Of a stretch of 64,000 bases of DNA, positions 37,584 to 51,859 are shown in pieces. A program made the position numbers and the translations under genes. Numbering within the stretch: the first letter of the stretch is position 1; the number at the start of each line of letters is the position of its first letter. Where the stretch lies: contig CAYOCJ010000001.1 of the NCBI GenBank assembly GCA_964402565.1, forward strand, positions 160,079-224,078, written 5' to 3'. Source of the DNA: an uncultured Gammaproteobacteria bacterium (GTDB taxonomy: Bacteria > Patescibacteriota > Patescibacteriia > UBA1558 > 2-01-FULL-52-15). The notes under the pieces are model-generated. The model was not told the DNA's origin. It ran no database searches and saw only the letters and a list, made by a program, of their open reading frames with translations.

Positions 37584-39779
37584 TTATTTGGATTTTTCTA
37601 GATACTGTGCAGCAAGATCTGGTTGGCCGTTATCTGCATAGGCGCGGCTGAGATCCAGGTAATCTTGCGGAGTAATTTTTTCCGGATCGATAAGCGCCAG
37701 ATAATGGTGCATGAGTTCTATTGATTTCTGATTATGATCGAGTTGATAACTTGTTCTGGCATATGTCTGATAGTATTCATTCGGTGCCTGGCCAGGCAAG
37801 AATGGTACCTTACTGAATACGGCATCCGCTTTTTTGTATAGGCCGAGGTTATAGAGAGCGATACCGAGGCCGGTCATGCTTTGTTTATTTTTTTCGATTG
37901 CTATGGATTGTTTGAACGTGTCTGCTGCTGCACTGTTCTCATCCCGGTCGATCTGTATCATGCCCAGCATGTCCAGATAGGTATTGTTGCCGTTCTGTAA
38001 CAGCATGACCTCATGCATGAGTTGCTCTGCTATCTTGAGATCATCTTGTGTATGCCCATCACATTCGTGAAGTAATTTTGCGGCAACGGTCATCGCATAA
38101 AGCGGGTGTTCGAGTTCGTGCATATTTCGACTGATCTCCGCAAAAAGATTGGCCTTTGCTTTTGGTTCTTTACAAAATGGGAGGTATCTATCCAATGCTT
38201 TTCCTGGGTTGAGGATCGCATAGGTATGATTTTTGATGATATCGTCATTTGTCTTGGACGCGGTCATATACACAGATTCATAGTTATCGAAGAAAACAAG
38301 CGACCACTCCTTCGATTCGCTTAACATATTTGCAAATGAAGAGGTGGCGGGGAAGACAATAAAGGAAATGTCGTATTTTTTTACAGCCTTTTGGAATGTC
38401 TTGCTGTCCGCAATGGCGCGATAGTACCAAAAGAAATAACTGTCATACAGGTTCGCCGCGCGACCGTCGATAAACACTTTGTACTGCGGATAGAGTTGCC
38501 AGATCAAAGAACTGCCGTCAGCATACTCATTCAGCATATTGCCTTGTAGATTGGCTTTTTTGAGAAAGGCGATGCTTTCTCTTGCCTCAATGATGCTCGA
38601 GGGTCCGATATTGAGAGATGATATCGATCCGGCAAAAAAAATGATAAAAAATAATGCCGCAAAAAATGCGACTTGAGCAAGAATTTCCTTTTTTTTGAGC
38701 TGTGTAACAATGGTAACATTTTTTGCAGTAATCAATGCAGCGATCAATACGAATATGTACATGCCGCGATTGTATTTGAATGCAGATAGCAAAAAGATGA
38801 TAAATAATAAAGTATCCTCGAAAAAAAATGTTTCAATGATACTGAGCAATTTGTATTTTTTTGATCTGCAGAGAAGGACGAGTTTATACGCGAGCACAAC
38901 CGCTGCGATCCATGCAAGAACAGGCACGGGAGTTGACGCATTCGAAGGAAAACTGACGAGATTCGCAAGTGGTGTCGAAAACCATTCTGTAATATTATTC
39001 AGAGTGTCAGTATCATTAAGCATTTTGCTCACGAAGCCGTATACATCATAGCCATAGGGAGTTACCAAGGTGACGGCACATACCAAAACAAGAATTATGC
39101 CATAGGTCCTTGCAAGTGTGTTTCGCGAAAATGTGCGAATAATATTTTTGTGTCTGATGAATGATCGCAATACTTCGCTGCCAAAGAATATCCCAACAAG
39201 CAATATGCCAAGCTCAAAACTACCATGCGCATTTGACCAAATTATCTCAACAAGCGGTAACGCGTAGATGAACTTTAAATGTCGATATTTGTATGCATAG
39301 AGTGCAAAAAGAAAGTAGCCCGCGAATAATGGAGAGGCGATCTCGGGTCTGATAAAGTTTCTGAGCAATGGAAGTGTGAAAAGAAACAGAGCTAGTGTGA
39401 GCACTAGATGTTCGTTCTTTTTTATCAACGCTGTTTTTATGAAAAAATAATATCCAGCGGAGATCAGTACAAAGCGTAAGGCATTGAGCCCGATATGTGC
39501 ACTATAGAGATAGATCAGGTATACCATGCCATCAAAAAGCCATGTATTGTTCAGCCAATAACCGCCCGCGAATGTATATGAAAATACATCGTGCGTCATG
39601 ATCGCATGGTTTTGAAACATCCATTTACCAAGAGAAAGGTGCCACCAAAAATCGTTATACGAAACTTGACCGAAACTGATGAGAGCGAGAACACAAACGA
39701 AAATCGCAATGCATAACACATTCACTTTGTTCCGGGAGGAAGTGAAATCAATCATTTTTTTAAGGGAAGTAGGTATCAT
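37584..39779 (-). CDS. Polytopic membrane protein with C-terminal TPR domain (putative GT-C-type glycosyltransferase)
   Basis: About 12-14 TM in the N-terminal 500 aa. The first loop carries YNDFWWHLSLGKW. C-terminal roughly 200 aa are TPR-like. Confidence 0.45.
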   Translation of the reverse strand: MIPTSLKKMIDFTSSRNKVNVLCIAIFVCVLALISFGQVSYNDFWWHLSLGKWMFQNHAIMTHDVFSYTFAGGYWLNNTWLFDGMVYLIYLYSAHIGLNALRFVLISAGYYFFIKTALIKKNEHLVLTLALFLFTLPLLRNFIRPEIASPLFAGYFLFALYAYKYRHLKFIYALPLVEIIWSNAHGSFELGILLVGIFFGSEVLRSFIRHKNIIRTFSRNTLARTYGIILVLVCAVTLVTPYGYDVYGFVSKMLNDTDTLNNITEWFSTPLANLVSFPSNASTPVPVLAWIAAVVLAYKLVLLCRSKKYKLLSIIETFFFEDTLLFIIFLLSAFKYNRGMYIFVLIAALITAKNVTIVTQLKKKEILAQVAFFAALFFIIFFAGSISSLNIGPSSIIEARESIAFLKKANLQGNMLNEYADGSSLIWQLYPQYKVFIDGRAANLYDSYFFWYYRAIADSKTFQKAVKKYDISFIVFPATSSFANMLSESKEWSLVFFDNYESVYMTASKTNDDIIKNHTYAILNPGKALDRYLPFCKEPKAKANLFAEISRNMHELEHPLYAMTVAAKLLHECDGHTQDDLKIAEQLMHEVMLLQNGNNTYLDMLGMIQIDRDENSAAADTFKQSIAIEKNKQSMTGLGIALYNLGLYKKADAVFSKVPFLPGQAPNEYYQTYARTSYQLDHNQKSIELMHHYLALIDPEKITPQDYLDLSRAYADNGQPDLAAQYLEKSK

Positions 39780-41992
39780 AATGCTGGTGTGGTTGTTGGA
39801 TGTGTGAGTGTCTTTGATTTTTCAATATAGTTGTCAGCAGAAGCAGTATCGCCGGCGTCACGATATGCATTTGCAATATCGATATAATCTTGTTGGGTAA
39901 TCTCATTTTCATCAGCAACGTCAAGATATTTTTTAAAAAATTCAATAGCACGATCATTGTAATCGAGCTGATAACTTACGCGTCCATATACCTGATAAAA
40001 TTCATTTGGAATTGGTGCGGGTAAAGCCGGAATTTGTTTGAGTACTTTTTCGGCCTCTGCATACCTGCCTAGGTTATGTAGTGCGATGCCTAAGCCGGTC
40101 ATATTTTGAGCATTTTTTTTGATCTGGATCGATTTTTTAAATTCATCTACAGCTTCTTGTTCTCTGCCGAGATCGATAAGGTCGGTGCCCAGGTTAGCAT
40201 GTGCGTCCATGTCGTCCGGCTGATACGATATGATGGAGCGCAGTATGGTTTCTGCCTGTCGACTATTCTCAACAGTTTTGCCTTCGCAGTTCATAAGCAA
40301 GTAGGCAAGCACCGAAAGACTGTACACTGGTTCTTTAATTTCCGAGAGGTTTCTTTGAATTTCCTTTTTGAGTGTTTGCTGATCGGCGTTGTTCTGACAA
40401 TATTTTTTATAACCGCGTACCTCCGTAGCAGGATTAAGTATAGTGTACTGATTCGTATCTATGATTGCATCATTGCCAACGCCTTGCTTCATCACCACTG
40501 CGCTGGAGCCATCAAAAAAAACTAGCTTCCAATCTTTGCGAGTGATAATAGCGCTGTACAGTCTTGAATTATTTGGAACAATTGCGAAGCCTATCAAGAA
40601 CTGGTTTATGGCAGCTCCGAGGACATTGGTGTCGCCCATATTGCGATAGTACCAATAGTAATCATTGTCGTAGACATTTGGCGTCCTGCCGTCAATGAAT
40701 ATCTTATATGCGGGGAACAGTTGCCAGGACAATTCGCTGCCATTGCCATAATCATTCAGGAGGTTACCTTTTGGCTTTTCGTTTAGTACAAATGCGATGC
40801 TTTCGTGCGCCATGCTCGCATACGCTGGTCCGGTATTGAGTGTAAAGTCGTGTGCCCCACTCGTATAAATGATGATAAACATTAAACCGAGCGCCGCTTG
40901 GAGATAGAGCAATGTTGATCCGTTCGTTTGAACCCGAGCAAATCTCACGATGATGAGTGCGGAGATAAGTATCAGCGTGATCAGATAGCGATTATACTCA
41001 TGCGCCATATAGAAGTAAAAAGAAAAGATAGTTACTTCCTCATAGGGAACATTTCTTAAAAATGCAAACGTAGTAATTTTGTTCGTCCACAGGACCTTCA
41101 TTTTTTTGAGTAAGACGCCAACGGCTATGAAAAGGTACAGAGGATGGGCCACCGATGCGTTGAGTGGGAATGTAAACATTGATGAAAAAGGAATTTTCGA
41201 CCATTCCTGGATATTTCGAAGGCTTTCCTGATCACTTAAAATTTGATGCGTCAGAATGTAAATATAGTATCCATACGGATTGGCTAATGACGCTAGGCAG
41301 GTGAGAACGAGAACGATGCCATAGGCTCTGACGTATTTGTTGAACTTAAAACTCTGTATGATGAAACAGCGATGACGTAACATCGTACGCCATAGTTCTG
41401 CGCCGAAAAAAAAGGCAATCAAAACGATACCCATGGTAAACGTGCCATGAGTATTTACCCAGATGACCTCAAGGATTGGTAATAGGTAGAGATATTTTTT
41501 GTGTTCGTATTTAAAACTATACAGACTGAACAGGAATATACCGATGAATAAATTTTGCATGATTTCGGGTCTGACTAGGTTTCGCGTTTGCGGTATGCAC
41601 AGTAAAAAAACAATCACAGCAAACAAGAGACCCTTTGTGCCCTGTTTGATAAGGCTCGCACGTATGAAGAAGAAATAGGTTGCTCCAAATACCAGAAATC
41701 TCAGAATAGTAAGCCCCGCGAAGGAGGTTTTGCTGAACAGAAGGTAGAGTAAACCGTCGAACAGCCACGTTCCATTTAGCCAAAGCTTTCCGGAAAAATG
41801 TTGAGAAAAAATATCATGGGTGAGAAATGATTTCGACGCCAGCATCCATTTTCCTAATGCAAGATGCCACCAAAAGTCATTGTAGGAGAACTGGCCGAAA
41901 CTTAGCAATGCGATTAGTATCACAAAAACTGCGACCGCTACGGCAGTCGCAGTTCGAGATGAGCCTAAGACATCAGTCAATCTTTTTTGCAT
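39776..41992 (-). CDS. Paralogous polytopic membrane + TPR protein (putative GT-C-type glycosyltransferase)
   Basis: Same architecture and conserved blocks (FGQFSYNDFWWHLALGKWM; NEYADGS/NDYGNGS; FIDGR) as 37584-39779. Overlaps it by 4 nt. Confidence 0.45.
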   Translation of the reverse strand: MQKRLTDVLGSSRTATAVAVAVFVILIALLSFGQFSYNDFWWHLALGKWMLASKSFLTHDIFSQHFSGKLWLNGTWLFDGLLYLLFSKTSFAGLTILRFLVFGATYFFFIRASLIKQGTKGLLFAVIVFLLCIPQTRNLVRPEIMQNLFIGIFLFSLYSFKYEHKKYLYLLPILEVIWVNTHGTFTMGIVLIAFFFGAELWRTMLRHRCFIIQSFKFNKYVRAYGIVLVLTCLASLANPYGYYIYILTHQILSDQESLRNIQEWSKIPFSSMFTFPLNASVAHPLYLFIAVGVLLKKMKVLWTNKITTFAFLRNVPYEEVTIFSFYFYMAHEYNRYLITLILISALIIVRFARVQTNGSTLLYLQAALGLMFIIIYTSGAHDFTLNTGPAYASMAHESIAFVLNEKPKGNLLNDYGNGSELSWQLFPAYKIFIDGRTPNVYDNDYYWYYRNMGDTNVLGAAINQFLIGFAIVPNNSRLYSAIITRKDWKLVFFDGSSAVVMKQGVGNDAIIDTNQYTILNPATEVRGYKKYCQNNADQQTLKKEIQRNLSEIKEPVYSLSVLAYLLMNCEGKTVENSRQAETILRSIISYQPDDMDAHANLGTDLIDLGREQEAVDEFKKSIQIKKNAQNMTGLGIALHNLGRYAEAEKVLKQIPALPAPIPNEFYQVYGRVSYQLDYNDRAIEFFKKYLDVADENEITQQDYIDIANAYRDAGDTASADNYIEKSKTLTHPTTTPAL

Positions 41993-42558
41993 AGGAGCTC
42001 GAACTCTATCTCCTCAAAGCCGCCGACCCAGAAGCACCAGATCCTGCTGCAAAAATTTTGACCCATATTTGCAAGTCCCGTGATAACGAAATTAACTCCG
42101 CGCAAAACAGTCACCGTGATCGGCGAGACGCCCATGTGTTTCATAAGGTGAAAGAAGGTCATCCAATGCAGTTCGGTTTTCTTGTGGACGAACTCCACTC
42201 CATAGAAACCTGATTTCGTGAAATTCTTATTGAAGTAATACGGGAAGATGACATCAAAACCTGACTTGTGTTCTGAATGGGTCATGCCGCGGCTGAAATG
42301 GGGGACTTTGATATGCAATGTGCCGCCCGGCTTCAATATACGATGCAATTCCTGCATGACAGAAAAAGGTCGGTCCAGGTGCTCGAGTATGTGAAAGGCC
42401 TCGATAAGTTCAAATGAATTATCCGGGAAAGGATAGGGGAGGTCATTCAGGTTATGTACGACATCTGGTTTTACATGATCGTGAAAATCGAGGTTGACAT
42501 AACCTTCTTTCTTATCCTCACCGCAACCGAGGTTCAATTTAGGGTGTTTTGGCTCCAT
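41977..42558 (-). CDS. Class I SAM-dependent methyltransferase
   Basis: LNLGCGEDKKEGYVNLD...ILEHLDRPFSVMQELHRILKPGGTLHIKVP. Confidence 0.7.
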   Translation of the reverse strand: MEPKHPKLNLGCGEDKKEGYVNLDFHDHVKPDVVHNLNDLPYPFPDNSFELIEAFHILEHLDRPFSVMQELHRILKPGGTLHIKVPHFSRGMTHSEHKSGFDVIFPYYFNKNFTKSGFYGVEFVHKKTELHWMTFFHLMKHMGVSPITVTVLRGVNFVITGLANMGQNFCSRIWCFWVGGFEEIEFELLCKKD

Positions 42559-42566
42559 AATAGGCT

Positions 42567-44429
42567 TTACTTATACCACCTATCATACCACATCTGGAAG
42601 ACCATTAATGTCCACAGCTCTTTTCGATTATCTTGTTTCCCAGCGAGGTGATCCGATTGCAGTTTAGAGATCGTGGCATAGTTGAACAGTCCCTGTTTTT
42701 TTATTCGTTCCTGGGAGAGCAGTGAGTCAGTAAGGGGTTTCAATTCATGTTTGAGCCAGCGCGTGAGCGGTATGCCAAAGCCTTTTTTTGGCCTTGTCAC
42801 CACTGCAGCGGGCAGTTTATCCTTCATGAGCTCTTTCAATATATATTTCATGGTGAAACCGTGAATTTTGTAGTCGCTGGGCAACGATAAAGCGAATTGG
42901 GCCAGCTCATGATCGAGGAATGGCGCCCGGACTTCCAGAGCATTATACATGCTTGCGCGGTCGACCTTGGTCAAAATGTCTCCCTCCATGTATGTCCGGA
43001 CGAATGTATATGATAATTGATTCAATGGTTCAATGCTGGGGTCGTCCTTGAGGAGGTCGTCTATGATCTGATATTCATTGCGCTGCAGAGCGTCTTTGTT
43101 CAGGAGCAGTTCGTGCTGTGCATCGAGGCTAAAGCTCGATAGCCATCGCTGGTTTCTATAGGGAACTGAAACCTTCATGCCATCCAGCATGCGTCGGATA
43201 CGGAAACCCAGCGACATATTTTTTTCACCCTCAGGGAAGAGATGTGCAAGAGGTTCGCCGAGCGTACGCAGAAAAGTCGGGATCTTTTGATAGAGAAGCG
43301 AAAGTTTCAATGCCTGGAACGTATCATAGCCGGCGAGCAACTCATCTCCGCCATCACCCCCGAGCGCGACGGTCACGTGTGACCGCGTATAGCGCGATAA
43401 GAGATAGGTCGGCAGCAATGATGCATCCGCCAGCGGCTCGTCGAGAAGATCGGCAATAGTCGGAATGATATCCAAAGATTCATTTGCAGCGAAGATATGC
43501 TCGTGATGCTCGGTTCCGAGATGCTGCGCGACTAAACGTGCATAATTTGATTCATCGAAGGACGATTCTTTGAATCCGATAGAGAATGTCTGTATCTTTT
43601 GCTGCGAGGCTTGTTGTGCATAGTAAGCGACCGTTGAACTATCGATACCCCCGCTCAAAAAAATTCCCAATGGCACATCGGAGATCAGGCGGAGCTTGGT
43701 GCTGCGGGCAAGGTGTCCGTCGAGCTCCTGGACTGCTTCCGGAAATGTTACCGTGGACTGTTTTTTTTCAAATGCCCAATAGCTCTGATGAGACAGCTGC
43801 GTACCGTCCCAGACCGCATACTCTGAAGGTTTCAATTTTGAGATGCCTTTATAGATGGAATGCGGTGTCGGTACATATTCATACTGGAGGTAGAGGCTCA
43901 TCGAATGCAGATCGAGTTCCCTGCGGGCACTCGGGTGTTTGAACAATGCTTTCGGTTCGGATGCAAACATCAAGGTCGAATCGAAGATCCCATAGTACAG
44001 GGGTTTTTTACCGAACCGATCGCGTGCGAGCACGACGATGTCTTTTTTCTGGTCGTAGATCGCGAGCGCGAACATTCCATTCAGCTTGCTGAACATGTTG
44101 ACGCCGTAGTTTTTATAGAGGGCGAGCAGCACCTCAGTGTCGCTATTGGTCCTGAAAGCATATCGGTTGCCTGCGACCAGATCTTTTTTCAGCTCGCGAT
44201 AATTGTATATTTCTCCGTTGAAGGTGATGTGGATGCTGTCATCATCGCTGGACATAGGCTGATGCCCGCCAGGGGAGAGGTCAATGATAGCGAGGCGTGC
44301 CTGCGCCAGTGCAGTTTTGCCACGAAAAAAAACCCCGGTATCATCAGGTCCGCGGTGATGCAGCGCGGCGATCATTTCCGTGACCGTTGCCTTGTCTCCT
44401 TTGCCTGAAAATCCAGCAATTCCGCACAT
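42567..44429 (-). CDS. asnB: Asparagine synthetase B (glutamine-hydrolysing) family amidotransferase
   Basis: N-terminal MCGIAG Ntn nucleophile, PP-loop SGGIDSS, about 620 aa. Confidence 0.85.
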   Translation of the reverse strand: MCGIAGFSGKGDKATVTEMIAALHHRGPDDTGVFFRGKTALAQARLAIIDLSPGGHQPMSSDDDSIHITFNGEIYNYRELKKDLVAGNRYAFRTNSDTEVLLALYKNYGVNMFSKLNGMFALAIYDQKKDIVVLARDRFGKKPLYYGIFDSTLMFASEPKALFKHPSARRELDLHSMSLYLQYEYVPTPHSIYKGISKLKPSEYAVWDGTQLSHQSYWAFEKKQSTVTFPEAVQELDGHLARSTKLRLISDVPLGIFLSGGIDSSTVAYYAQQASQQKIQTFSIGFKESSFDESNYARLVAQHLGTEHHEHIFAANESLDIIPTIADLLDEPLADASLLPTYLLSRYTRSHVTVALGGDGGDELLAGYDTFQALKLSLLYQKIPTFLRTLGEPLAHLFPEGEKNMSLGFRIRRMLDGMKVSVPYRNQRWLSSFSLDAQHELLLNKDALQRNEYQIIDDLLKDDPSIEPLNQLSYTFVRTYMEGDILTKVDRASMYNALEVRAPFLDHELAQFALSLPSDYKIHGFTMKYILKELMKDKLPAAVVTRPKKGFGIPLTRWLKHELKPLTDSLLSQERIKKQGLFNYATISKLQSDHLAGKQDNRKELWTLMVFQMWYDRWYK

Positions 44430-44505
44430 AGGTTACCAAAACAATACTTGACAACTCATTAATATGAAATGATACTAACATAGCACCTACTCGATAGCAA
44501 CCACC

Positions 44506-44922
44506 ATGCTTACCAACATACAACGGATACGCGTTTACTCGTTATCCATCATTGTGGCTATTATTATTTTGGCGATCTTTTTTGGAATCTCAGACCGTCA
44601 GCGGCTCGCGGATATTCGTACGCTGGGGGAGGCGAGGACCTTTTCCTATGCACTAGAGCGATATCGCCAGGAGTATTGGCGGTACCCGCTGGGCAACCAT
44701 ATTGATATACGCACCGGGGTTAACCTGTCTGAGAACGGATTCGTGCCCGGCGTTCATTTATATTACCAAGGAGGCATACCGAGCTCGCATGCGGTAACGT
44801 ATGACGGCACTGATGCGTCCTATTCGATCAACTTTACGCTTCACAAAACGTGGCCGGAATTAGGCATCACCAGCACGAAGTGCACAGTCACCGAGAATTA
44901 CAGCCTGAAGTGCGTTAAATGA
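44506..44922 (+). CDS. Hypothetical protein with N-terminal hydrophobic helix (pilin-like fold?)
   Basis: N-terminal TM and amphipathic helix. Lacks the G/FxxxE prepilin motif. Lies upstream of pilD. Confidence 0.3.
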   Translation: MLTNIQRIRVYSLSIIVAIIILAIFFGISDRQRLADIRTLGEARTFSYALERYRQEYWRYPLGNHIDIRTGVNLSENGFVPGVHLYYQGGIPSSHAVTYDGTDASYSINFTLHKTWPELGITSTKCTVTENYSLKCVK

Positions 44923-44958
44923 CTTTTAAAACAGGCCTGAAAATGGTACACTATAGAC

Positions 44959-45735
44959 ATGGAATATAGTGTCGTTTTTGTTTTTGGGCTGATAGTTGGC
45001 AGTTTTTTAAATGCGATCATTTATCGCCTTTCAGTAGGCCAGTCAGTGACCGCGGGGCGGTCATATTGTCCTGAGTGCAAGCATGTGCTGGCGCCGCGGG
45101 ACCTTGTGCCGGTACTGAGCTTCATGGTTTTGCGAGCCAAATGCCGGTATTGCCGTACGCCGATATCATGGCAATATCCGATCGTCGAGCTCGCAACCGC
45201 ATTCGCATTTGTGCTGGCGTATATGCAGATCGCGCCGAATGGCCTAATGCTCGGGGACAATGGTCTTCGCCTCATGCTGTATTGGATTTATGCAGCTTTT
45301 TTGATCGTGATCTTTGTCTATGACCTGAAACATTATTTGATTCTCGATGCGGTGATTATTCCTGCAGCTATCATTGCATTGATCGGCGGCATAGCCTTGC
45401 ATCAGCCGGTCTTGAGCATGTTGCTCGCGGGTATTGTCGCGGCAGGGTTTTTTGGCGTTCAGTTCTTTGTTTCGCGAGGCCGCTGGATCGGAGGCGGGGA
45501 TATACGTTTAGGTTTTCTCATGGGGCTTATCCTGTCCTGGCCGCATGTCGTCATCGCATTAATGCTGGCCTATGTGCTTGGCAGTTGCATCGGTATCGCT
45601 TTGATCCTTGCCGGCAAGAAAAAATTTGGAAGCCAGCTCCCTTTCGGCACTTTTCTTACTATAGCGACCTATATCGTGCTTTTGTACGGCGATCAGATCT
45701 TTAATTGGTATTGGAGTTTTACCTATGGCGCGTAG
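44959..45735 (+). CDS. pilD: Prepilin peptidase PilD (A24 family)
   Basis: N-terminal CPEC...CRYC zinc finger, GGGDIRLGFLMG block, 6-8 TM. Confidence 0.8.
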   Translation: MEYSVVFVFGLIVGSFLNAIIYRLSVGQSVTAGRSYCPECKHVLAPRDLVPVLSFMVLRAKCRYCRTPISWQYPIVELATAFAFVLAYMQIAPNGLMLGDNGLRLMLYWIYAAFLIVIFVYDLKHYLILDAVIIPAAIIALIGGIALHQPVLSMLLAGIVAAGFFGVQFFVSRGRWIGGGDIRLGFLMGLILSWPHVVIALMLAYVLGSCIGIALILAGKKKFGSQLPFGTFLTIATYIVLLYGDQIFNWYWSFTYGA

Positions 45736-46570
45736 AGGATACACCTTGGTTGAAATGATGATCTCGATCGGCATCCTGACGTTGCTCCTTGGCGTTGTCG
45801 GGTTTAATTATAATAGCAGCAAGAACTTCGAAACGATGAAATTAGAAATTCAGAGATTAGCCTCTGCTATCCGTTCTGCACGAAGCCGCGATTTTAATAG
45901 TACGGCAAAACTAGCCTGCTATGATGACATCTCTGCCGGGTCCGTGGTCCACGCATGCAATAAAAGTTCAGACTGCACGACAGGCAGCTGCACTATGAAT
46001 TATCCGTACTATGGGTATGGTGTGCATATCGAACAGGTCTATAAAGTATGCAGCGGCGATACTACTCGCTCATGCTATGACAACCTTGATTGCACCGGCG
46101 CACAAGGCACGTGTACTACAAATAATCCGCAAGGCAGAAGCAGTTACGTCGTTTTCGCTGATTTCACCAATCCAACCAACCCGCATTTTAACGGCGGAAA
46201 AACTGGCGGAGAATTTGTCGAAGAATTTATCATGCCGAAGGATTTCCGGCCTTACTTTTTCAAGACAACAAATGGCTGCAATGATTGGGATGCGGCTGAG
46301 GTCCTGTTTGACAGCGGTGCACTTTCATTGAAAGATCGCGTGTCCAATTCCTGGTCAAGTGTGGCGATCTCAAATGATGACGGCTCATCGAAAGCAAATC
46401 AGATCGGGCTCATACTTGAACTTTGGTATGCGCCAGGTGGCACCAGGACCGATAGCGTTCAGACGCGCAGGCAGCATGGACGCATCACTATCGACCAGCC
46501 TACGTTGAGTACTGATGATAAGCTGATGTCAAATACTACCCCTGCGCCATCTTTTGTAACCTGCGGATAA
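45725..46570 (+). CDS. Minor pilin / pseudopilin (prepilin-type N-terminal domain)
   Basis: MARRG/YTLVEMMISIGIL with Glu+5. Cys-rich globular domain. Confidence 0.6.
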   Translation: MARRGYTLVEMMISIGILTLLLGVVGFNYNSSKNFETMKLEIQRLASAIRSARSRDFNSTAKLACYDDISAGSVVHACNKSSDCTTGSCTMNYPYYGYGVHIEQVYKVCSGDTTRSCYDNLDCTGAQGTCTTNNPQGRSSYVVFADFTNPTNPHFNGGKTGGEFVEEFIMPKDFRPYFFKTTNGCNDWDAAEVLFDSGALSLKDRVSNSWSSVAISNDDGSSKANQIGLILELWYAPGGTRTDSVQTRRQHGRITIDQPTLSTDDKLMSNTTPAPSFVTCG

Positions 46571-46571
46571 T

Positions 46572-47375
46572 ATGTTGCAACGTTTTTTCATGAACATTCG
46601 GAAGCAGCGTCGACGAGTTGCTATTCGCGCGACGGGTTTTTTGAGGCGCAGAAACGGATTCACTCTCATCGAAGGAATTATTGCTCTCGGCATCATCAGT
46701 ACAACCTTAGTCGTCGGCTTATCGCTGGCAGTATCGAATCTGACTGCAAGCCAGGATAATAGCGACCGCGTTATAGCCGGCAACTTAGCCCGCGAAGGCA
46801 TTGATTTGGTCCGCCAGCAGCGCGATTCAAATTGGATCCGGCGCATTGCAGGCATTTCTCCGAATAATTGGGACAATGGAATGTCATTTGGTTATGTCGA
46901 TCCGCGCATCGTCTACCCGAGCGGTTTTTTCGTATTCCCCCCTACTAATGGCTATTTTCAGCTTGTACTGGCGCAGCCGGTGAATTCAACGCAATATGAC
47001 CTGTCGAGCTGCATGCAAAGTCCGAGCGATGGTAATTCGATCCAATGTCAGGTCCGGAAGGGCACGGTTAACGGTACCACCGTGTATCATCAATACACTT
47101 CGGCGATCGCGAATACATTGCCGACCAGATTTTTTCGACGGCTCGTCATAAAATCAATTTGCTGGAACAGCTCGTCAAGCGTTGAGTATGTGCATCAGAT
47201 AGCACCCGCTGATGGGCCGATCACCTGGGGCAATTGCACCGGCGCAGACACGAGGATCGGGGTTCTCGTTACATCGGAGGTCATGTGGAAACGGGGGAGC
47301 AAGACCATTGATGTAACATTGAAAGACCGCTTGTACAATTGGGATAATGGGTATGCGGCGCGGAATAGTTTCTAA
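46572..47375 (+). CDS. Minor pilin / pseudopilin
   Basis: RRNG/FTLIEGIIALGII with Glu+5. Confidence 0.6.
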   Translation: MLQRFFMNIRKQRRRVAIRATGFLRRRNGFTLIEGIIALGIISTTLVVGLSLAVSNLTASQDNSDRVIAGNLAREGIDLVRQQRDSNWIRRIAGISPNNWDNGMSFGYVDPRIVYPSGFFVFPPTNGYFQLVLAQPVNSTQYDLSSCMQSPSDGNSIQCQVRKGTVNGTTVYHQYTSAIANTLPTRFFRRLVIKSICWNSSSSVEYVHQIAPADGPITWGNCTGADTRIGVLVTSEVMWKRGSKTIDVTLKDRLYNWDNGYAARNSF

Positions 47376-47389
47376 ACATTGCAGAGCAT

Positions 47390-48046
47390 ATGAACACGTA
47401 CGCAAACAAATCTGATCAGAAATTCATGCGAGATCGCAGCACACGCGGATATACCATCGTCGAGATGATCATATCGATCGGCCTTTTCTCTCTGGCATTC
47501 GGCGCTATCTCAACGATCTTCATCGGCTTTACCAATACGCAGACGAAAGCCTCGACATCTCAGAAACTTCTGAACGAAGCAAATTATATACTGACATCGC
47601 TTGCTTCTGATATCAGATCTAGTTCCATCGATTATACTTCTACAGGCTGCGGCGTAAGCGCCGGATCTTCGAATATTCTTTGCCTGAAGTCGTTCGACGG
47701 CAAGTATATCCGTTATGAGTATGCGAATGATACGGTGCAGTCAGCAGGCACGGTGCTGAAGATTTGTAAAAGTTATAACGACAGCCTGTGTGCTCTCAGC
47801 GTTTTTAATACTTCAAACCCGGCACTTTCGCTGTGGGCGATCAAGAAATCTGCTTTCATGACGGTTTCCGGCTTGAATTTTTATATTTATCCGGCTGCAA
47901 ACCCGAATACCTCGAATTCAGGAAACACCGGGCCGGCAGTGCAGCCGAGCGTTACCATTTTATTGAAGGCTTCTGCCGGCACAGCCAAGTCTGCGCAGTC
48001 CTATGATCTTCAGACTACGGTAACGTCCCGTCAATATACGTATTAG
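47390..48046 (+). CDS. Minor pilin / pseudopilin
   Basis: STRG/YTIVEMIISIGLF with Glu+5. Confidence 0.6.
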   Translation: MNTYANKSDQKFMRDRSTRGYTIVEMIISIGLFSLAFGAISTIFIGFTNTQTKASTSQKLLNEANYILTSLASDIRSSSIDYTSTGCGVSAGSSNILCLKSFDGKYIRYEYANDTVQSAGTVLKICKSYNDSLCALSVFNTSNPALSLWAIKKSAFMTVSGLNFYIYPAANPNTSNSGNTGPAVQPSVTILLKASAGTAKSAQSYDLQTTVTSRQYTY

Positions 48047-48047
48047 T

Positions 48048-51814
<3,767 letters not shown>

Positions 51815-51859
51815 TCCTCGGTTTGAAGAGAGTATTGCATTACGTTATACTAAGACTCT

